The position numbers were made by a program, and so were the translations under genes. Positions 55,905 through 64,000 of a stretch of 64,000 nt of DNA are shown piece after piece. Source of the stretch: the human T2T-CHM13v2.0 reference genome, Homo sapiens; assembly GCF_009914755.1 (NCBI RefSeq), contig NC_060929.1; one strand, written 5' to 3'. Each line of letters opens with the position of its first letter. The first letter of the stretch is position 1. The notes below the pieces were generated by a model that saw only the letters and a program-made list of their open reading frames with translations, did not search any database and had not been told where the DNA came from.

Positions 55905-56249
55905 AAAGGAAAGAGTTGTGTCCATGAAAGATGGGAGGGGTCTGGTCATGTACATTGGTCACAAGTTATCTTCTCTGCTCCCTAATCCATCCATGCCCTC
56001 TCTCCTCCAGCATGGCCTATTAAAGGTTTCACTTGAATGTAGGGAATTAAAAGTTTTGAAACCAACACAGAAAATGTCCCATCCCCAGACTGGGGATAGG
56101 GATTCCTATAGTAATGACTGGACATAAACATCAGTGTCCAAAGAGCATGATGTTATGAGGAGTATCAGCAGCAGAGGCAACGGTCTGGCAGGGAGACAAG
56201 ATGCCCTGAATGGAAAACAGCAATGCGAGTGTGAATGCTAATAATGGTA

Positions 56250-56500
56250 ATGTTACTAGCAATGGTAATTGAATGCAATGAGGGCTATATGCCTGGCATT
56301 TTCCTAAGCATTTTCATAAATGAACTCATTAGATCCTCACAACAACCTTATGAGTTACTATTATTATCCCAATTTTTCAGAAGAACTAAGATGCAGAAGA
56401 CTAAGGAATGTCTAAGATCACATAGCTAAGAAATGGCAGAGTTGGGCCTGAAAGAATTTGGATAGTCTGGATGCAGAGCCCATGTTCCTAAACACCATAT
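56250..56500 (-). mobile_element. MIR
   Basis: aactcattagatcctcacaacaaccttatgag..ctattattatccca..aagatcacatagctaagaaatggcagag. Confidence 0.82.
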
Positions 56501-56658
56501 TATTCCACAAAACAATTCCAGAGAGCTGGGAGATAGTTAATTGAGAGCTGATACCTGCCATTAAAGCTGGCAGAATCGTGTGTGTGTGTGTGAAATAGTC
56601 TTACATATATTCTTGAAAAAATATATAAAATTTATGAAATGGTCATATATATATATAA

Positions 56659-56682
56659 TCTATCTATCTATCTATCTATCTA

Positions 56683-56726
<44 letters not shown>
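56659..56726. repeat. Compound (TCTA)n(TCTG)n(TCTA)n tetranucleotide STR
   Basis: Read directly. Confidence 0.95.
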
Positions 56727-56771
56727 CCTGTCTTTATGAATAGAAGACCATTATATATGTAGACCATATTT

Positions 56772-56774
<3 letters not shown>

Positions 56775-56825
<51 letters not shown>
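56775..56825. repeat. Pure (AT)~25 microsatellite
   Basis: 51 bp of uninterrupted alternating A/T. Confidence 0.97.
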
Positions 56826-56830
<5 letters not shown>

Positions 56831-58029
56831 ATCTTCTCTTCTTATGTATGTATATAAGAAATGGTCTTGTTTTGCAATCTTATTTTAAAACAAGTAATGT
56901 TTGAAATTTTTGCATTTTACTATATTTTTCTTACTATGAATTTTGTTAGTGTTAGTATTTAATTTCTTCAAGAGAATATGTTTTCCTCTCGAAGGAGGTT
57001 TTCAGACTATTTCAACACATTTTATAGGTATAAAATCTATTACCATATAGAAGAATAATAAGAAAGTTAATTTTGTAACTTTTATCTTTGATGTAGCTTC
57101 TAAATTATGCTGATACTTACCTTGACACATGATACAGTTACAGATCTTAAGGCACTAAAAGAATTATTTTATTCTGGTATGTTTCCAGTGGAGGTATGTG
57201 CACCTAAGTGAGCTGTGAGCTCATTCTATCTGTATTCAGATTTCTATAGGAGCCCAGCCTTAGGTGGTACCAGTTGATGGTGTAAATCGTTGAAGGTATT
57301 AGCATAGCATCAAGGCAGTTTAGGGCTGAAAGAGGCCTTGGGACCAACTCTGTCATTGCGAATGAGGAGGGGAAAACTGAGGCTCAGAACCAGTGAACAG
57401 TGAAATCATGGGTACCTCCAGCATCAGTTATATATTGAATGCAAGGGCAGGAAATAGGAAATTAATGTGATGCCCAATCTCTTAGATCTTCTGTTACAAA
57501 ATTGGCCTTTTGGAATTTATGTACTAGATAATAAATTGGAAGTCTGAATAAAGAAGTTTGCTCTTGGGCTGAGAGTGGAATCTTGTTTTTGATGGAGCTT
57601 AACTTTCCTATAATTTGCTTTTTAGGGCTGAAAGTAGAAACTGTATTCATTTCTTTCTTTTTACCTTACTTTCCCCCTCTGTCTTGGAGTTATGAAATGT
57701 TTTGGTGTTTGTTCTGATGCTTGATAAAGAAACAATAATTATCCCCTTTGGCTTTCCTTTCAATTTTGCGTAACTGAAATTTGATATCGTGTGTTAAGTG
57801 ATTCATCTGCTGCTTTTATATCTGGTCATTTAGGCAAGAAGCCTTGAATAAAAGCAATTATGTTGGGTGATTCCCAATTATCCACATGCGGCCTAAGCAG
57901 ATCTGTGTCCTTTAAACTCTCCAGATGCCATTTCAGGAAAAAGCACAAAGCCCAACAGAAATATACTGCTCTCAGCCAAAAGCCTCTTTTGTAACAAAGT
58001 TCTAGATAACAGTGATGCAAGGGCTGAAC

Positions 58030-58240
58030 CAGGGATTCTCAGCCTCAGCACTATTGCCATTTTGGGCTGGATGATTCTTTGTGGGGAGGGCTGTCTGGTG
58101 CATTCTAGAATGATGAACAGCTTCCCCGACCTCTCTCCGCTAAAAGCCAGTCATACTGCCTTAGTTGTGACAACCAAAAATGTTCCAGACATTGACAGCT
58201 GTTCCCTGTGAGGCAAAGTCACCCCCAGTTGAGAATGCCT
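58030..58240 (+). mobile_element. MER20
   Basis: cagggattctcagcctcagcactattgccattttgggctgga..agttgtgacaaccaaaaatgttccagacattg..ccagttgagaa. Confidence 0.88.
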
Positions 58241-58519
58241 AATCTCAGCCTACATTATGTACCTCACATTACTCTTCAGGTTTTGCATTTTGGAAGCACA
58301 CTCTGGAAACATATTATAGACATGTTGGGGGAAAGATAACCTGTGGTCTAGCTGTCTAAAATACACTCAGTGATGTTTCATAAATGGGGGTCCTCCTCGT
58401 ACACATTGCTTTTAGGCACCCCACCCTGATGACAATAAACAGCCTGGCAAAGCTTTTCACATTTTTAAAAATCCAGGTGAAAAAAAAATTAAAAATGACT
58501 GTTCACATGACCAACAGTT

Positions 58520-59185
58520 TTCAAAGCACTTTGAAATTGCGTCTCATTTTTGCCTCATAAAAGCCTTGTAAGTTATGTTAGATGCCTGTTAATATGATTA
58601 CCAGCTTATAGATGAAGACACTAAGTCACAGTGAAAGTCACAAGCCAGTTTATGCAAGTGATAGACTTAGAGCTCAAGTCACTTGCAGTCTCACAGCTGT
58701 CATCAAAGTGGCCATAGTGGAGAGTGAGGAGTGTGAGGCTCAGGACAGCAGGCTTTCAAATGTTGGTCCTGTGACAACTAGCTGTCAGAAATTGGGCCAG
58801 TCAAACTCATTAATGAGGCAAAAATCTCATTATTTTTCAGTTTTCTTGTCTGTAAAGTACGGACTATACTTTATAAGGCACTTTATGAGGTATATAAAAT
58901 TGTGAGTAATAAATGGTCAGTGCTTGGTGTATAACAAGCACACAAATATTGGGTACATTGTTATTAATAAGAATGACTACACTAGTATTGTTATTAATTT
59001 TGAGAGTGAAAGACAGACTGCCTAAGTCTGGAGCTAAGATCTTCCACTTAGCAGCCGTGCAGCAACACAACCCTAATTTATCCTCTCTCTGGCTTCGTTT
59101 TCTCGTTCACAAGGCGAGGATGATGGTGTCTGCCTCACCTCATGGGGCTGTGTGAGGATTAAGTGCCACATAGTGAAGGATCACT
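58520..59185. mobile_element. Cluster of three MIR relics (one minus, two plus)
   Basis: ttatagatgaagacactaag (minus), tcagttttcttgtctgtaaa (plus) and ctcatggggctgtgtgaggattaa (plus). Confidence 0.6.
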
Positions 59186-59701
59186 GTGTGTAAACAATAA
59201 TAATAATAACACTGATACTGATGATGATGATAATTATTCAATAAATACATTGGCATTTTTTCCAGATACGGCTAAATTTGAGCTTAGCCTCAACAGTCTT
59301 GTCTGCTCCAACCTTTATCAGACAGGAGTTTGTTTGTAAGATAGAGAAAACAACACTTGTCATCTTAGACAGAAAGGAATTTATTGGAACAATAACACTG
59401 GAGAATCTGCCAGGCTCTAGGTCTGGATCTGGAAAGTGAGCAGAGGCCATGGGAAGCCAGAAGGCTGGGATCAGGAACTGTGCTGGGAGTCACCAGCAGG
59501 AGCAGCCTGGACTGCGGCACTGTCCCCGTGGGAAGAACTCTCATCGGGTCCCTGCATCCTTTGCTGCTTCCAAGACAGACAAGGGCCCAGAAGAGGGGTC
59601 TGCTTGGCTTTTCCTGGCTGCAGGGGCTAGGACAGAGGGCCGGTCTCTTTGGCCTCTGGGATGGTCCAGGCACAACCTCTCTCCAGAACTGTACAACACA
59701 G

Positions 59702-60037
<336 letters not shown>

Positions 60038-60404
60038 ACTGTATAACACAGGAGAAAGACAGGCCCTTAAACATAACTGGGGAGTATCACGAGGAGGCTT
60101 GCATGGTGGGAAGCCAAGAGGTTGTGGATGTCTCTTATACTTTGCTAAGTATTTACTAGAAGAGAGATAGAGAGAGAGAGAGAGGGGGGTTTCAGCTGTT
60201 AAAATTAATCACTATGGTACTACAAGTAACATTTTAATTTTTAAATGGTACATTGCGTAATTGACATAGATAAGTTTTTTAAAAAATATTGTGGCCAAAT
60301 ATTTGTTTCAAATACAGTCACAATCACTATGCTACTGGTGGGAATGACAATGAGAAATAACTGACCTTTAAAAGACAGATTTAAAATGGTAAAACAGAGA
60401 AGAG

Positions 60405-60720
60405 TGAGTTCAGTTTAAATACTTTTCATTGAGCACTTACTATGCCCTGGATACTGGGCTAGGGCTGAAGACTAAAGATGCAAAAACATGGGTTCTTCCT
60501 CTAGGAAGCTAGTCATCCATGTAAAGATGCAGATACATTAAAAACTAAACAAAAACTCAAGTAACATAATGGGACAAGTGTTTTAATAAAGGCATTATGC
60601 AAACTGCTTTGGAATAACAGAGAAGAGACATAACTATGGTAGTGATGTGAGCTTAGACTTGAAGCAACAATAAGCCAGGAAAGAAAGAGATGAGGGGATT
60701 CCAGGAAGAGAAAAAGCAAA
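60405..60720 (-). mobile_element. L2 3' fragment
   Basis: cattgagcacttactatgccctggatactgggctagggctgaagactaaagatg. Confidence 0.65.
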
Positions 60721-61434
60721 GGTGGAAGAAAAATCATATAAAAGAGAAGAGGCTCAAATCCCAAGCCTGTTCTAACTACTTGTCCTATCACATCTCATTC
60801 TTTTTATTGCCATTTTATCGCCTTTGTGATTTTTTTAAGAGCTAAAAAGTCCTGTGTAATAGCTGTCCCATGAGATCGTGTTGAATGTGAGAGCCGTATT
60901 TCTGGAATAACTTCCTACTAGTCATGTTTCTGAAAGGGCCCTCCACCTAGACCTGCCATGGAGAAAGCCATTAGGTGGATACTATTCAGGAAAGGGGAGG
61001 CATCAGCATTCAGAGGGGGCACAAAATGTCTCCTCTGTCAATCTAATTCCATTTTAACATGTCCTTAAGCTCATTTTTATAAGACTTAAATGAGCAGGTC
61101 TGGCTCAGATTCAACTGTGGCTGTACCTGTTCTGAGAAAGCGCTGGAGAGGGTGGTACAATTGTGAAATGGATTAGCAGCCTTAATTACCTGCGAAAGTT
61201 AATTAAGGTAAAGACAGGCAATAGAACAAATGATCCATGCAGACAATGAGAATAGTCCTAGATACATAAGACAAATCTGCCTTTCTTTTCCTGCCTAATC
61301 ACAGTGAAACCATTCAGAATTTATCTCCTTTGAAAAATTACTGAAATAATAAAATAGATGTTAAAAAGGCAAGTGCAGTCTGATCTTAAATGAAAGGTGA
61401 GAAATGGCAATCCTGGATTTTGGTCCATTTAGAT

Positions 61435-61763
61435 CAGGGATCAGGAGACTTCTGTAAAGGTCCAGATAGTAAATATTTTTGGTATTGGGGGCCATGAATC
61501 TACATTACAACTTTGGGTTGTCGTGTGAAAGCAGCCATAGAGAATATGTAAAAGAGTGGGCATGATTGTGTTTCAATAGAACTTTATTTATAAACACTGA
61601 AATTTGAATTTCATATAACTTTCATGTATCACAACATATTATTTCTTTGGATTTTTTTTCCAACCATTTAAAAATATAAAGAAACATTCTTAGCTCAAGG
61701 GCCATACAAAAATAGGTGGCAGGCCAGATTTGGTCCATGAGCTGTATAGTTTGCTAACCCCTG
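61435..61763 (-). mobile_element. MER58B
   Basis: caggga..ctgtaaaggtccagatagtaaatatttt..ggcaggccagatttggtcca..tagtttgctaacccctg. Degenerate 8-bp TSD atttagat/gtttaaat. Confidence 0.85.
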
Positions 61764-64000
61764 GTTTAAATGATAAAGAAATGATGAAATGATGAAAATG
61801 ACTTAAATGTTAAAGAAACGTGGCCCAAATATGACAAAAATAAATAATATACTTACTATCATAACATCACAGAGTAAAGAATGACATAGTGGCACAAAAC
61901 TCATTTTAAAAATCTTATTCCACCAAATTACGTGAATGTTCTCCAAGAAGTGAGTCAATCACATATTAATGGGCCATTTTCAGAAGTTATTCACCAAAAA
62001 GTGCCACTTATCTTGTCCGTACAAAAACGTGACTTCAAATTTCACTTGGAGCCAACTGGTTGAAGTATCTTAAATTTAGGCACTTGAAATTTCTTCTAAA
62101 TTCATCAACTTTTTTTTGATAACAACTAATATTCACTAGAAAATGAGACACAGATGATGGCCCTAACCGCACCAACATGGACGCCATAAGGAGTGTCAGG
62201 GGGAACTCTGGCGGGAGTTGGATCTCGCCAACAATATTATTAGGTCAGCATTAAGTATCTCTGAAATGAATGGCCAGCATATCATTTTTGTATTGATTTT
62301 GGCCTCAGTTCTCTTTTTCTTTTGTTTTGCTTGTTTGAGTCATCTGCTGATATGCTTTGGTCATCTCTATGTCTTATATTAGTCTAGTAGTTTCCTGGCA
62401 TCATTAATTATGTTGGTAGCAACATATTCTTTCTCTGGTTATGACATAAGCATTATTTTCTCCCCTTACCCAGTTTAGTGGTCTCTTCCTTATTTACAAA
62501 GTTGTCCATGAGCTGCTTTTATACTGACCCATTTTTGTTTTTATTTTTCAACTCAAAATTCTGTGGAAACCTCGGAGTGTTTTTCCTCCCTAATGTGAGA
62601 TAGTCACCCTTGAGAATTGCTCTGAAAACAGCAATTGCTGCAGAATATGTCTCCCCAGGTGTATAGAAATGTCTTCAGATATTGTGGTGGGAAGGGTTTG
62701 TAAATGACTTTAATGTTGATAGGGAAAGAATTGGGGTTTAAGTCTGCTTGGAAGATTTCTATCCTTGTATCAAAGGCTTATTCTATTAGGTATGAGTCCT
62801 AAAACCTTGTCAGCATACATATTTATAGTCTTACACATATACGTGATATGTGTAACACATAACTATATAGTTGTAGTTATAACAATTTTAACTCCATATA
62901 GTTATATATATATATTTATAAGTCATCTACATGCATTACTGTATACATTAAAAACACATAGCTAACAGAATTTTAAAAGGTTAAGATACAAATAAAAACA
63001 GGAGTTCTAGTGTTTTCTTTCCAGTCCTGTAAATTGATTTGTGCACTCCTGGCATACACACTCCCCTCTCTGGAGATCAACATTCTACTGGCCCTCAAAG
63101 CTGGGATTAAAGGCCATCTGTTTTATCTGCTTCACTAAGGTTTTGTTGTTCATGGCTTCACACTTACAGTAGTGCACAGAACACTGAGTCATATTGTTGT
63201 GCTTTTGGGCGTGAGACTACAGAGCTAAGCATAGAGAGTATTCTTTCCAGTTTGTGGCATGTGATGAGCTTGATGAATCTGGCAATTTCCATGATGAAGT
63301 AGGTTGTGCCTGGGGCACAGTTGGGCTGATGCAGCGTGCATGTGATGAGCGGGCTCAGAGCTCTGTCTTACAGGAGCAAATACCACAGCACCATGTCCCT
63401 TTATTTTGGCACAAACTGAATTTTATGTTTATTTTGAGGGCTGAATTTAGGCAAAACTGACTAGCTTTGAGGGAGTTGAAGATGTTTCTTACTGAACCCA
63501 AAAGCACCACTTAGCCCCTTTGCAGTGGGTGCATTTTGTGCCACGAGGATGGGACCCAGCACCATGCAAAGTATCTAATCATCTTCCAGTGTGAATTGCA
63601 GACACCATGATATTCCTTTCTAGGATAGTTGAATGTAAACTCTTATCTAAATGTTGAGTAAAGGCTTTTCCTTCTATCGAGAGAATTTTAAACATTAATG
63701 ATTAGGCAGAGATAGAAGATGAGGTTAGAAAGCTTCTAGGTTCCTCTGAAATCACCCTGTTTGTTGATATGCTCATCTGTTCTCAGCCTCTAAGTACTTT
63801 CCTAGTCATTTGAAAAAGGAGAGAGATTCAACAAACCTGGTTTTATTCCTGAGAGAGTACTGTCACAAACAATAATGTTGTCAAGAAAACCAAAATAGTG
63901 TCTGACTTGTTTAGAGGTGCTAAGGGCATCTGACAAGCCAAAGAGTAAGGATAATATTGGAGGAGGAAGAATGCCTCTTACATTGGTGGACAACAGAACA

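Noticed and set aside
61007-61022. CTCF-like agagggggcac
   Set aside because: Only the 3' half of the motif matches and the conserved 5' CC is missing.

Overview
Human-like primate genomic DNA (it carries human-specific AluYa5-type insertions), AT-rich and gene-poor, with no intact protein-coding gene that I can support. The only gene-derived feature is a disabled copy of the primate-specific histone variant H3.Y/H3.X on the minus strand at about 326-774. It has lost its ATG and carries a 5-bp duplication frameshift. It still has an upstream TATA box and a cluster of DUX4-type TAAYYYAATCA motifs, and it lies back-to-back with a THE1D LTR that carries another such motif. The rest is a layered record of transposable elements: a near full-length Charlie3/MER1 hAT transposon with a decayed transposase, about 13 Alus (including two young Ya-lineage copies 2.4 kb apart and a 51-bp ultra-truncated insertion), several L1 3' ends (one with a twin-priming inversion), MaLR/ERVL LTRs, MER6A, Tigger13a, MER53, MER58, MER20, MER5A, MIR/L2 relics and microsatellites. 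A few repeat-poor, motif-rich islands are candidate enhancers. Repeat subfamily names come from recalled consensus sequences, not from a database search. Almost all ORFs in the track are repeat-derived or spurious.
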